A DNA stretch of 64,000 nucleotides from Kiritimatiellia bacterium (lineage in GTDB: Bacteria; Verrucomicrobiota; Kiritimatiellia; JAAZAB01). Under the pieces are notes generated by a model that ran no database searches, was not told where the DNA came from, and worked only from the letters and a program-made list of their open reading frames with translations. The stretch is taken from positions 96,001 to 160,000 of the forward strand of contig JAXGPF010000006.1 of assembly GCA_040767085.1 (NCBI GenBank). Direction: 5' to 3'. A program made the position numbers and the translations under genes. Within the stretch, counting starts at the first letter, position 1. Each line of letters starts with the position of its first letter. This document shows positions 50,538 through 59,322 of this stretch, piece after piece.

Positions 50538-51971
50538 TTATTCGCGCCATTTGCCATTGATCACGCAGGCGGCGCGGCCATCTTCCAGCGCGGGCAAGGT
50601 TTCCGGCGCCGCGGCATATCCCAGCTCGCGCAGCCGGCGCGCCAAAGCCTCGAACCGGCCCCAGTCCGCCGCTGCGCACCGGATCGTGAATTGGCGGTCG
50701 TCCGCCTCCAAAACCTGATAAGCTATGCCGTCGGCCGCGCCGGCTTCCAGCAATTGCCCGATGCGCAGATGCAATTCCGCGGCCAGCGCCGCATGCAATC
50801 CCGCCGTTGATTGCTGCTCGCTTTCCCAGGCGCGCTGCGCCTCTTCCGCTTCCCGGCCGTAGGGAATCCGTTCCCCGGGGGCCAGCCGCGCCGCCAGGGC
50901 GGACACTGCGCCGCGCATGGATTGCAAGCGGTGCGACGCCGACAACTGCCAGATTGCATTGCCCGCCAGCAGCAGGCATCCCGCCGCCAGCGCCATGACA
51001 GCCGTGCGGCGCGCAGCCTGCCGCCGCCAGCCGCGCACCGCCGGGTGCAGCAGCGGGCCGTCGCGCAAATTGCACCGCCATGCGCCGGGCATCAATGCCC
51101 TGCCCGCCAAAGCGCGGGACAAGATTCCCGCTGCATCCGCCGGACGCGATAGCCGGCCCGGCCAACGCTGCGGGAGCCGCCGCGCCAATTCATCCGACAG
51201 CAGCGCCGATACGCCGGCGCCGGCATACAACAGCCAGTGCGGCCGCCAGTCCGCGCCGGCCTGAGCATACAAGATCCGCTCCAGCCGGCTGAACAAAGCC
51301 TCCATGCGCTCTCCGTCGGCGCCGGAAGTTTCCGCTTCCCAGGCCAGGGCATGCGCCTGCTGAAAATCTCCGCCGCGGCCCGTAACCACCGTCAACCGGT
51401 CCGGCTGAAGATACATCAGCACCCGCGCTTCGTCCGGCAATGCCGGGATTTCCAGCAGACTCTGCGTCCATAGCGCCAATCCGGCATGATCCAGGAACAC
51501 CGGATCCCACCCCGCGGCGCGATAGCGCTCCAACTGGGTTTCCACGACTTTGACGCGCGCCGCCAATGCCAGCACCTGCGTTTTACCATCCGCCACACGC
51601 CGCGCCGCGGCGAAACTGTATCGGCAATCCTCCAGCGCAAATGGTAATTGGGCATCCAGCAGCGCCGGCAAGACCCGGCGTGTTTTCGACCAAGCCTCGA
51701 ACGGGGCGTCCAGCCAGACGGTCAGGCTATCGTTCACCGCCAGACAGCCGGACGCCGGCAAACGCCGGTCCGCCACCCCGACGGCAGCCGCCGGCAGGTT
51801 TTCAAAATGCAGCCGGCCGCGCCAATCCCGGCGCGCGCGCGCGCAGACCGGGCCGGCCGGCCCGAGTTCCACCCCCGCGCACGCCCGCATGGGCATGGCC
51901 GGCGCGCGGCGGAATGCCCCTCCCCGGCCGCGCTTGCCGGAGAAATTTACTTTAAGATGCTGGAAGTTCAT
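50538..51971 (-). CDS. GspL/PilM-PilN-like protein
   Basis: LDAPF, LDAQLPFALED, actin-like N-domain, CNLR.G.L, TM; downstream of gspK. Confidence 0.68.
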   Translation of the reverse strand: MNFQHLKVNFSGKRGRGGAFRRAPAMPMRACAGVELGPAGPVCARARRDWRGRLHFENLPAAAVGVADRRLPASGCLAVNDSLTVWLDAPFEAWSKTRRVLPALLDAQLPFALEDCRYSFAAARRVADGKTQVLALAARVKVVETQLERYRAAGWDPVFLDHAGLALWTQSLLEIPALPDEARVLMYLQPDRLTVVTGRGGDFQQAHALAWEAETSGADGERMEALFSRLERILYAQAGADWRPHWLLYAGAGVSALLSDELARRLPQRWPGRLSRPADAAGILSRALAGRALMPGAWRCNLRDGPLLHPAVRGWRRQAARRTAVMALAAGCLLLAGNAIWQLSASHRLQSMRGAVSALAARLAPGERIPYGREAEEAQRAWESEQQSTAGLHAALAAELHLRIGQLLEAGAADGIAYQVLEADDRQFTIRCAAADWGRFEALARRLRELGYAAAPETLPALEDGRAACVINGKWRE

Positions 51972-52035
51972 AGATTAGCATTTCAGCGAACAGCCCCTCC
52001 TTGGAGCCAGGGCGCCACGGCCCCGGCGCAGCGGT

Positions 52036-52911
52036 TTACCGGCACACCCAGCGCCGCACCCGCCATTGTGCCAGCGGGTCGCGTTCCGCCAGCGCCCAGA
52101 CGCGCGCGATGCCGCCGGTTTGCTCCGCTTGCGCCGCCACGGTAAAATACAAGCTGCGCACATCCAGGTAGTCCTCACAATCCCGGATGGAATCATAATA
52201 GGCAAAATTTTTCAACGCCTGGAACGGCTGCGCGTCGCGCCGCTGGACCAGCGCCGCCGCCGCAAAGGCGCGGGTCTGCCCCAAGACGCCCAGCAATACT
52301 GCCGCCGGCGCAGTATTGACATTTACGGGCGCAAGACCGGCGTTGGGATCCGGCAACACGCTGAACAATTCCGCCAGCCGCTCCGGCTCCGCTTCCGGCG
52401 CCAGCGCCGCCAGCTCGGCGGTGCTCTGCAAGACCGCGCCGGTCAGCCCGGCGGGATGCCCAACAAACCAATCCCGCCAGCGCCGGGCAACGGCCACCGG
52501 CGCCGGGCATTGCATGCCGGCCAATAATTCCGCGGCAATCGCTTCCGGCAGGCGGGCGACGCCCGCGGTCAGCGCCGCCGCGCCTAAATTGTTGACATTA
52601 AACAAACGCGCGGCATCGCTGACCTGGACGGACAGCAGCGTGCCGTCCGGCAACGTTTCGCGCCGGGGCGCGGCCCAGGCGGCATTGGTATGGATCGAAG
52701 CCGCCGCGGCGGTTTCGTCCGCCAGCGCCTGCAGCGCCTGCCAGGCGGCATCGCACGCCAGAGCGCGCAGGCGTGTGTGCGCGCCGGCCCTCTGCTCCCG
52801 CGCCAGCCGGCCGCGCGCCGCCATCTGGGTCTGCAAGGTTAAAGCTGCCAGCAGGGCCAGCAACATCAAAACCACCGGCAAAACCATGCCGGCATCGCAG
52901 GGCTGCGTCAT
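52036..52911 (-). CDS. gspK: Type II secretion pseudopilin GspK-like
   Basis: G|MVLPVVLMLLALLA prepilin-like N-terminus, D..RLFNVN.L, VNVNTAP..VL, LDVRS.YF.V; start uncertain. Confidence 0.75.
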   Translation of the reverse strand: MTQPCDAGMVLPVVLMLLALLAALTLQTQMAARGRLAREQRAGAHTRLRALACDAAWQALQALADETAAAASIHTNAAWAAPRRETLPDGTLLSVQVSDAARLFNVNNLGAAALTAGVARLPEAIAAELLAGMQCPAPVAVARRWRDWFVGHPAGLTGAVLQSTAELAALAPEAEPERLAELFSVLPDPNAGLAPVNVNTAPAAVLLGVLGQTRAFAAAALVQRRDAQPFQALKNFAYYDSIRDCEDYLDVRSLYFTVAAQAEQTGGIARVWALAERDPLAQWRVRRWVCR

Positions 52912-53026
52912 TCTCAGAACAGACGGCTCGGTACGGAGACCTCGCCCTACCATTTCACAAGCATCTGTCGTGGGTAGGGCGAGACCTCCGGGCGAGCCGC
53001 CGAGAATAACGCAGCCGTGGCCGGCA
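52888..53026. repeat. REP doublet (REPIN-like), copy 3, with extended outer arms
   Basis: 52924-52951 and 52973-52999 with 21-bp spacer; outer GGCTGCGTCATTCTC/GAGAATAACGCAGCC. Confidence 0.88.
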
Positions 53027-53107
53027 TCGGCGGGGGGAACGAAATAAGATTGACTCCCGCCGCGTGTTTTGCTGCAATCAAGGTTAACGCCAATCGCAGG
53101 TTTTGCC

Positions 53108-54262
53108 ATGAAATATAATCTTATCAGCATGTTCCGTCAAAGTCAAACTTCGCTTGGACGCAGCCTGCTGGTCTGCGGTCTGATCGCGGCGACGCTCCAT
53201 CCGGCCGGCGCCGCCGCCCCCCCGCCTCCCGCCCTGACCAATGCGCCGGGAGTTAAGCCGCCGTCGGCCGACACCAACACTCCGGCTGCCCAGCCGGCCG
53301 CCATCCCGGTCGCCCCTGCCGCAACCAAGTCGGCGCCGGCAAAGGCCGCCCTGGCCGCAGCGCTGCCGAACGACCTCGCGCGCGATTTGCCCGGCGATGC
53401 CGCGCCGGCGGGCGATGCCGCGTCCGACGAACGGCTGCGGCTGTACTTGCAGGCCAACGAATCGAAGTCCATGGCCGAATGGCTGAAACAGCAGAACCTC
53501 CTGGAGGAAGCCGCGGATATTTACCAGGAAGCGCTGGGATTGTACAGGAACCTGGCGGAAAAACATCCCGGCTGGCATGCCGAACTGGTGAATTTCCGGA
53601 TTAACCATTGTGAAGAAGAGTTGGCCGATCTCTCCGGGACGCGGGCCGGCGCCCCGCCCGCCGGGCTGCCGGCGCAGTTTGCCCGGGAGCCTTCGCCCAC
53701 GCTCGGTGCGGCGCGGAATACCGCGCGGCTGAGGCGCGCCGCGCAATTGGAAAAGATATCCGACCTGCCGGCGGCCCTGGCGCTCTACCAGGAAATCCTG
53801 GATGAAACGCCGCAACATCCCGCGGCCCTGCAGGGTGCCGCCCGCATTTACCTGCGCATGCAGCGGATCGAGCCGGCGCGCGCCGTCCTGCGCCAGGCGG
53901 AACAGCTGCCGGACAGCGACGAAGCCACCCTGTTGTTGTGCGCCCTGCTGCTTTGCCATGACGGCAACTTCCATGCCGCGCGCCGGCTGGCGGATACTTT
54001 GCTCAAGCGCAATCCTTACAATGCCAACGCCCACCTGGTCATGGGCGCCGTGCTGGCCGACATCGGCCAGTTGGCGGCGGCGGAAGAGGCCACCAAACGC
54101 GCCATAACCCTCAACCCCAAGCTCGGTGATGCCTATTACAATCTGGCCCAACTCAGCCTGCGCCAGCAACCGATTGACTTGGAAAAAACCAGGCACCATT
54201 ACCGCAACGCCATTAAATACGGCGCCGCTCCCGATCCCGCGCTGGAAGCCTTGCTGGATTAG
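53108..54262 (+). CDS. Exported TPR-repeat protein
   Basis: Signal peptide, Pro/Ala linker, TPR units (NPYNANAHLVMGAVL, NPKLGDAYYNLA). Confidence 0.85.
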   Translation: MKYNLISMFRQSQTSLGRSLLVCGLIAATLHPAGAAAPPPPALTNAPGVKPPSADTNTPAAQPAAIPVAPAATKSAPAKAALAAALPNDLARDLPGDAAPAGDAASDERLRLYLQANESKSMAEWLKQQNLLEEAADIYQEALGLYRNLAEKHPGWHAELVNFRINHCEEELADLSGTRAGAPPAGLPAQFAREPSPTLGAARNTARLRRAAQLEKISDLPAALALYQEILDETPQHPAALQGAARIYLRMQRIEPARAVLRQAEQLPDSDEATLLLCALLLCHDGNFHAARRLADTLLKRNPYNANAHLVMGAVLADIGQLAAAEEATKRAITLNPKLGDAYYNLAQLSLRQQPIDLEKTRHHYRNAIKYGAAPDPALEALLD

Positions 54263-54271
54263 GGCGCGGCC

Positions 54272-55198
54272 ATGACTACCAATGTTTTAAAAGGCATGGC
54301 CTGGTCCCTGGCCAGCGCGTTTCTCTGGAGCACCACCTTCGTCTGCGCCCGGTACCTGCTGGCTGACGCCCGGACCGATCCCCTGACGCTCTCAACCGCC
54401 CGTTTCCTGCTGGGCGGGCTGACCTTGCTGGGTATCGGCGCGCTGCGGCCGGGCATGCTCCAACTGCGCCTGCGGCCGGCCGACCTGGCGCGCCTGGCCG
54501 GGCTGGCGCTCTGCGGCCTGGCCGGCATGAGCGTCCTGCTGTTTTACGGCCAGAAACACACCACGGCCATCAACAGTTCCATGCTGATGCAGTTAAGCCC
54601 GGTGTTCATCATGATCATGGGACTCGGCGTCGGCGAACGCATCACCCGGCGCAACCTGGCAGCCTTGCTGCTCAGCCTGTGCGGGACCATGCTGGTCGTG
54701 GGCGTCATTACGCCGGCCGGCCTGGGCGCCCCCCTGGCCGCCGCGCGCGGCGACCTGCTGGTGCTGGGCGGCGCCTTCTGCTGGGCGCTTTATGCCATCC
54801 TCAGCAAGCCCACGGTGCAACGGCTGGGCGGATTTACCGCCACCACCTGGGTCATGCTGGCCGGCGCGGCGGAACTGGTGGTGCTGCGGCTGGCGCTGCC
54901 GGCGGAATTCATTCCGCCGGCCGGGGCCGGCGCCTGGACGATTATCGTCTATATGGCGCTTTTCCCCACCGCCCTCGCGTTCTTCGCCTGGTACGAGGCC
55001 ATGCGCCTGATTGACCTGGCGATCCTGAATGTCATGCAGTATCTGACGCCGGTCTTCACGATTGTCCTGGCCGGGTGGTGGCTGGGCGAGCGCCTGACCT
55101 GGCTGCAGGGGCTGGGCATCGCGGTGGTGTTGTCCGGCGTCGCCCTGCTGCGGCCGGCGGCACAGAAGGCGCCGGGCCGGGCGCGCGGTCCGGAATGA
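54272..55198 (+). CDS. DMT/EamA family transporter
   Basis: Two EamA halves: WSTTF..R, LSPVF..GER, GDLLVL, P.ALAF..W, LTPVF..LGE. Confidence 0.92.
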   Translation: MTTNVLKGMAWSLASAFLWSTTFVCARYLLADARTDPLTLSTARFLLGGLTLLGIGALRPGMLQLRLRPADLARLAGLALCGLAGMSVLLFYGQKHTTAINSSMLMQLSPVFIMIMGLGVGERITRRNLAALLLSLCGTMLVVGVITPAGLGAPLAAARGDLLVLGGAFCWALYAILSKPTVQRLGGFTATTWVMLAGAAELVVLRLALPAEFIPPAGAGAWTIIVYMALFPTALAFFAWYEAMRLIDLAILNVMQYLTPVFTIVLAGWWLGERLTWLQGLGIAVVLSGVALLRPAAQKAPGRARGPE

Positions 55199-55344
55199 AA
55201 CCATGGATATCCTGCCGCCGCGGGTGGGCGTGAGCGTAAGACACATGCTTTTCTCTTGCATTGCCCGGCCCGGCTCAATATGCTGCAAGAGCGAATATTG
55301 ATCCGCCGCCGGATTGCGGCCCATCTGCACAACAGGGAAACAAG

Positions 55345-56382
55345 ATGCATACCATGCATTCATGGCCGGAAGTCATTGAACATGCGCTCATGATCACGGG
55401 ATTCGTGGGCGTCATGATGCTGGTGATCGAATACGTCAACGTCATCACCATGGGCCGCTGGCAGGAAGGCATCCGCCGCCAGCGCTGGAGTCAGTACCTG
55501 CTGGCAGCCTTGCTGGGCGTCATGCCGGGCTGCCTGGGATCTTTCGTTGTGGTGGCCATGTACACCCACCGCACGCTCTCCCTCGGCGCCCTGGTGGCGG
55601 CCATGATAGCGACGGCCGGGGATGAATCTTTTGTAATGTTCGCCATGATTCCCCGCACCGCCTTGCTCTTGCACGGCATGCTGTTTGCCCTGGGAATCGT
55701 TTTCGGCATCCTGACGGATACACTGCTCGGACGCCGCCTGCCCAACCAGCTTGCCTGCCCCATCGATTTCACGATTCACAAGGAAGCACGCGGGGTCTGC
55801 CTGCCCCATGGTCAAATTTTGAAACAATGGCAGCGCTGTTCGGCGGCGCGCGGCACGCTGGCCATATCGCTCGGGCTTTTCCTGGCCGCAATACTGGCCG
55901 GGCAGATCGGACCCCCGGAATGGAACTGGGTCCGGTGCTCGCTGGCAGTCGTATCCGCCGTGGCCTTGTTTATCGTCGCCACGGTGTCCGATCATTTTCT
56001 CGAGGAACACTTGTGGAAACACGTTGCACGCAGCCATGTGCCCCGCATTTTCCTGTGGACGCTGGGCGCCATGGTTTTGCTGCACCTGGCCGTGGAACAC
56101 TGGAACATCGGGGATGTGATCCAGCAAAACCACTGGATCGTGCTGGGAGCCGCCGGCCTGGTGGGAATCATTCCCGAGTCCGGCCCGCACCTGGTCTTCG
56201 TCACCATGTTCGCCAGGGGATTGGTTCCTTTCAGCGTGCTCCTCGTCAACTCCATCGTGCAGGATGGGCATGGCATGCTTCCCCTGCTCGCCCACTCCCG
56301 GCGCGATTTTGTGATTGTGAAACTGATCAGTCTCGCGGCCGGCCTGGCGGTCGGCGCATTTTTGATGTTGTGCGGGCATTAA
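55345..56382 (+). CDS. Putative manganese transporter-family membrane protein
   Basis: LG.MPGCLGSF, ATAGDES, HFLEEHLW.H, GIIPESGPH, QDGHGMLPLL. Confidence 0.8.
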   Translation: MHTMHSWPEVIEHALMITGFVGVMMLVIEYVNVITMGRWQEGIRRQRWSQYLLAALLGVMPGCLGSFVVVAMYTHRTLSLGALVAAMIATAGDESFVMFAMIPRTALLLHGMLFALGIVFGILTDTLLGRRLPNQLACPIDFTIHKEARGVCLPHGQILKQWQRCSAARGTLAISLGLFLAAILAGQIGPPEWNWVRCSLAVVSAVALFIVATVSDHFLEEHLWKHVARSHVPRIFLWTLGAMVLLHLAVEHWNIGDVIQQNHWIVLGAAGLVGIIPESGPHLVFVTMFARGLVPFSVLLVNSIVQDGHGMLPLLAHSRRDFVIVKLISLAAGLAVGAFLMLCGH

Positions 56383-56448
56383 CCTGGCGGCGGGATACGG
56401 GCACACTGCGCCAGGCCGGGGGCGCGGGAAAGCGAAGGAGAAAGCCGT

Positions 56449-57246
56449 ATGCAATGGTATTACGCGAAACGCGGGGAGAGGCACGGGCCAGTGGAAGACG
56501 CGGAATTCCGCCGCCTGATCCAGCAGGGCGCGATTACCCCCAAGGACCTGGTCTGGAACTCCAGCCTGGGCGATCGTTGGGCCCCGGCGTCATCCGTTGC
56601 GGGCCTTTTTAACGCGGCTGCCGTGCCGGCAGCCGCTGGCGGGCCCGCGCCGGTCCGGTCCGGCGAATTGACGCACAACCGCGATCTGATGCGCCTGGCG
56701 CGCGAATCGCTCCGCGGCCGCTGGGGATTCGGCGTCGGCGTGTCTTTGCTGTATATGGCAATCTCCGCCGGATGCGGTTTCCTGCCTTTTCTGGGTTCCA
56801 TCGCCAGCCTGTTGATCACCGGGCCCATGGTCGTGGGCTTCACCCTGGTTTTTCTGAACGTGTCCCGACGGCAGTCAGCGGAAGCGGGCCAGCTCTTTTA
56901 CGGTTTTCAGCGCTTCGGAGCGGCCCTGGGCGCCTACCTGCTGATGGCGCTTTTCATCCTGCTCTGGAGTCTGCTGCTGATCATTCCCGGTATCATCGCG
57001 ACCTACGCCTACGCCATGACCTTCTTTGTCATTGCCGACGATCCGGCGGCCGGCCCGCGGGAGGCGCTGCGCCGCAGCAAAGAAATGATGCGGGGCAGCA
57101 AATGGAAATTATTCTGCTTTTTCTGGCGTTTTTTCGGCTGGGCCCTGCTATGCGTCCTGACGCTTGGCATCGGTTTTCTCTGGCTGTACCCTTACATGCA
57201 GACTGCCATGGCTCATTTTTACGATGACGTCCGGCCGCGGGACTGA
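56449..57246 (+). CDS. GYF_2 domain + DUF975 membrane protein
   Basis: MQWYY..G..GPV..LVW; LWSLLLIIPGII..YAYA, S.EMM.G.KW.LF, LWL.PY. Confidence 0.88.
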   Translation: MQWYYAKRGERHGPVEDAEFRRLIQQGAITPKDLVWNSSLGDRWAPASSVAGLFNAAAVPAAAGGPAPVRSGELTHNRDLMRLARESLRGRWGFGVGVSLLYMAISAGCGFLPFLGSIASLLITGPMVVGFTLVFLNVSRRQSAEAGQLFYGFQRFGAALGAYLLMALFILLWSLLLIIPGIIATYAYAMTFFVIADDPAAGPREALRRSKEMMRGSKWKLFCFFWRFFGWALLCVLTLGIGFLWLYPYMQTAMAHFYDDVRPRD

Positions 57247-57267
57247 GATCCGTCGGCTTCGGCATCC

Positions 57268-59262
57268 TCAGGGCACATATTTGGCGCCGCTGAGTTTGAA
57301 CAGGATCAAATTCACCACCGGCTGCGGCAGGTAAACCCGGGCGCGATCCTTGGTCAGATTGTCCTTGCTGTCCAGGATGGACAACTTGCCCTCCAGGACG
57401 TGCGTCTTTTGGCCGGCCTCCGCCGCGGGATCCTTGTCGTAGGCCAGTTGGGGCTGCATGGTGAAGGTCATGTTCTTCCAAAACACCTTGGTATTGGATG
57501 ACGATTTGCTCCGATTCTGAATCATGTCGAACAAACTGTATTCGCGGGTTTCGTTCCCCCACCAGTCCCAGTGCGCGGCGTCTTTCGGGGGATTTTCCTC
57601 CACCAGCTGCACCGCCACGACCTGGTTATGGCAATCCACGACCAGCAGAAGCCGGCTGAAGGTTTCCTCGAAAATACCGCTGTAGCTGTAATAGAAAAAG
57701 CTGTTTTCCGGGAAGCCGGGCGTCGTGACGCTGCGCTTGGCGGCGGATCTTTTTTCGAGGAACAGTGACTGCACCGCGTTTTCCAGGGGCATCAAATAGG
57801 TGACTTTCTTGTAGATTATCAGGGATGGGTATGGGTGGGCATCAACTTTCGGTTCGCCCAGGCTGCCCAGCAGGGCCTGCATGTCATCCGCGCTCCGGGC
57901 ACTGGCCGTCACGCCATAATGCCAGCTCGGTGAAAGCGCCAGGCCGGCGCCGAACCCGGCGCGCGCCCCGGGATCCTGCTCGCCGCGGGCAATGCGGGCG
58001 ATAATCGCCGTCACCTCCATGCGGTTGGTGGCGTCAGGATGCGCTTGCAGGGCTTCTTCCAGGATGCGCACTGACGCCTTGAGATCGCCCGCTTTCCGCG
58101 CTTCGGCCACGGCCTGCACCAGGGCCATGGAATCGTTTTGCTGTTTCTGCATGGCGATCGCGGCTTCGATGTTTTTCTGCTTCCACCGCGCCAGCATGGA
58201 CTCGGCTTCGGCCCGGTTAACCGCTTCGGGATTCCGGCTGAGCGCCGCCCCAAGGAGGTCCATGGCCCGGCGGAGATCGAAGCGGGATTCGGCCTCCGCC
58301 GCCGCCATGTCCTTGAACAATGCCTCGGTCTGGTTAAACCTGATCTGCATTTGCGCCAGCAGCCGCGAGGCCTCCGTGCGGTTGGTGGCGGCCGGGTAAT
58401 CCTCGATGGCGTTTTCCAGCATTTTGATGGCCAGCGGCAGATCGCCCATCTGGCGCACCGAGCGCATGGTATTGGCCAGCGCCATGGCTTCCATGGAAGC
58501 CGTGCGGTCGGACATCAATTTTTCCGCATAGGCCATGCGCATCTGGCTTAACCGCGATTCAGCCTGGGTGCGGTTGAACGCCCGCGGGTTATGATGCACG
58601 GCCTGAATCAGGTTTTCCAACGCCTGGCCCAGATTGGTGGCCGCCACCGCGTCCACCACGTCCAGCGCGCCGGCAACCTGAATGGATTGTTCCATCCGCT
58701 GCATCAGTTCTTGCGCTGCGTCCCGGTTGCGCGCCTGGGGATAATTGCTGCAGGCGGCGTTAATGGCCGCGATGGCCGCCTGGTAGTCGGCGGCGGCGGA
58801 TTCCCGCGCCATCACTTCTTCCAGGGCGCGGGAAGCGGCATGCACCTCCCGCAGGCGGTTCAAATACAGGGCCAGCAAGACCGCGAAAGCCGCCGCCATC
58901 GCGATGAAGGTCACCCAACCGAACACGTTGGAGGGGGATGCCTGCCTGATCCGCCGGGGCGCTGCCGCCGCCGGCACGGCTGCCGGCACCGCCGGCGGCG
59001 TGTCCGCGGCGGGGGTCTCCACTTCCGCGGCTTGCGGCGCTACCTGAAAAAAATGCGCGCAGTTGGCGCATTGGATTTCCCGGTCCGCCATCTCGCCTGG
59101 CGCCAGGAATGCATTGCCGCAATTGCCGCAAACAGCGCGAAAGGCGGGCGCCGGCACTGTTACCGGCTGGCGGCAATCAGGGCACTCTATCGTCCGCCCG
59201 ACGCCCTGCTCATCCACGGCAAGGCTTTTTTTGCATGCGCACTGGAAATATATATCCGCCAT
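57268..59262 (-). CDS. Zn-ribbon / TM / helical-repeat hypothetical protein
   Basis: C.C, CPDC, CGNC, CANC; one TM; five ~50-65 aa repeats with P.A.NR..A. Confidence 0.8.
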   Translation of the reverse strand: MADIYFQCACKKSLAVDEQGVGRTIECPDCRQPVTVPAPAFRAVCGNCGNAFLAPGEMADREIQCANCAHFFQVAPQAAEVETPAADTPPAVPAAVPAAAAPRRIRQASPSNVFGWVTFIAMAAAFAVLLALYLNRLREVHAASRALEEVMARESAAADYQAAIAAINAACSNYPQARNRDAAQELMQRMEQSIQVAGALDVVDAVAATNLGQALENLIQAVHHNPRAFNRTQAESRLSQMRMAYAEKLMSDRTASMEAMALANTMRSVRQMGDLPLAIKMLENAIEDYPAATNRTEASRLLAQMQIRFNQTEALFKDMAAAEAESRFDLRRAMDLLGAALSRNPEAVNRAEAESMLARWKQKNIEAAIAMQKQQNDSMALVQAVAEARKAGDLKASVRILEEALQAHPDATNRMEVTAIIARIARGEQDPGARAGFGAGLALSPSWHYGVTASARSADDMQALLGSLGEPKVDAHPYPSLIIYKKVTYLMPLENAVQSLFLEKRSAAKRSVTTPGFPENSFFYYSYSGIFEETFSRLLLVVDCHNQVVAVQLVEENPPKDAAHWDWWGNETREYSLFDMIQNRSKSSSNTKVFWKNMTFTMQPQLAYDKDPAAEAGQKTHVLEGKLSILDSKDNLTKDRARVYLPQPVVNLILFKLSGAKYVP

Positions 59263-59322
59263 TCTGACCTGCCACCAATGTTTGTGGTTGTTTTTAAATT
59301 ATCACCAATAATTTCATGCAAG

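Noticed and set aside
50026-52911. Complete type II secretion system
   Set aside because: Only K/L/M-like genes are present; no secretin, ATPase or major pseudopilin here.
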